From Sphyrna mokarran (Eukaryota), in contig JAGIQG010000004.1 in assembly GCA_024679065.1 (NCBI GenBank), positions 62,930,001 to 62,994,000 of the forward strand: 64,000 nt of DNA. Direction: 5' to 3'. The notes beneath the pieces were generated by a model. That model was given only the letters and a program-made list of their open reading frames with translations, did no database searches and was not told the DNA's origin. Position 1 is the stretch's first letter, and each line of letters opens with the position of its first letter. Position numbers and translations under genes: made by a program. Shown here one piece after another: positions 63,411-64,000 of the stretch.

Positions 63411-64000
63411 ACTCCACCTTCTGTGTACCCTCTCAGGAGCCTGCTCACCAACCTCCTGGCCCTCAGCAGCAGCCCCCTGCCCTCTTCCCTTATGGTCTGG
63501 TGGTGGTTACTCTCGCAGTGGTCTCTCCACACCTGCCACTACCTCTTCCCCCTTCTGCTGTTACAAGTATGGCCAGCTCCAGATCAAACATACTGAGATC
63601 CACCTGCACAATAAGGTTTGGAAAGAGCATAGAATGACAGAGCACATGGACCAGTTTCCCCACTTCTGGGAGATGGCAACCCAAAACAATCCATGGTGCC
63701 ATGTGTGACCCGTTTAGGGTTGTGGGAGTTTCTCTTCACTACAAATACTAACACAGATTATGCAAGTCAGTGTGTAGACATGGATAATGTGCACCCTTGA
63801 GCCATTGTTATTTATGCAACTTCAGCATCTGTTACAGTATGTGTTGTTGGTCTCGAAACATCGAAAAACTACAGCAAAAACAGGCCCTTTATTCCACAAG
63901 TTGCACCAATTATGTCCCTACCTTCTAGGCATACCTATAATCTTCTATGTTACTAAGTTCCAAGTACTTAATCAAAAGTCTCTTAAAAGATCCTATCGAA

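Larger units (their letters stand above)
54540..63710. mobile_element. PIF/Harbinger DNA transposon relic (Myb/SANT-like gene on +, transposase on -), fragmented by CR1 insertions
   Basis: TIR-like ggctgcaattctccc at 54541 and convergent Myb-like and HARBI1-like coding remnants; the right end is not seen. Confidence 0.75.

Noticed and set aside
1-64000. Prokaryotic systems (CRISPR, retron, DGR) suggested by the many RT ORFs and short repeats
   Set aside because: All RTs are CR1-group LINE ORF2, and the short tandem repeats are LINE tails; there is no repeat-spacer array.

Overview
Repeat-dense vertebrate genomic DNA, almost certainly from a cartilaginous fish (shark). The evidence is HE1/V-SINE-type tRNA SINEs, HER1-like CR1 LINEs with (TTCTATG)n or (TTCTTTG)n tails, Penelope-derived hairpins and a Harbinger relic. 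Most of the window is nested CR1-group LINE and SINE copies. One host gene can be reconstructed on the + strand from four exons joined by GT-AG introns, all in phase 1: leader 31844-31898, Ig V-like domain 32223-32522, Ig C1 domain 33878-34183, and TM/short tail 42265-42383. It encodes a 259-aa type I membrane protein. The V-like domain is germline-joined, unusually short and has no RSS; the C1 domain is antigen-receptor/MHC-type; the TM carries an Arg; and the ~10-aa tail has no motif. This is a candidate non-rearranging activating immune receptor and is the main finding. The TM exon is not in the supplied ORF track and was read by hand. Secondary observations include: an intact 922-aa CR1 ORF2; a near full-length CR1 whose frameshifts look like assembly errors; a CR1 family carrying a V-SINE core in its 3'UTR; a two-gene Harbinger relic; a tRNA-Lys pseudogene; and two local duplications. 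Repeat boundaries are approximate (tens of bp). Family names rest on motif recognition, not database searches.
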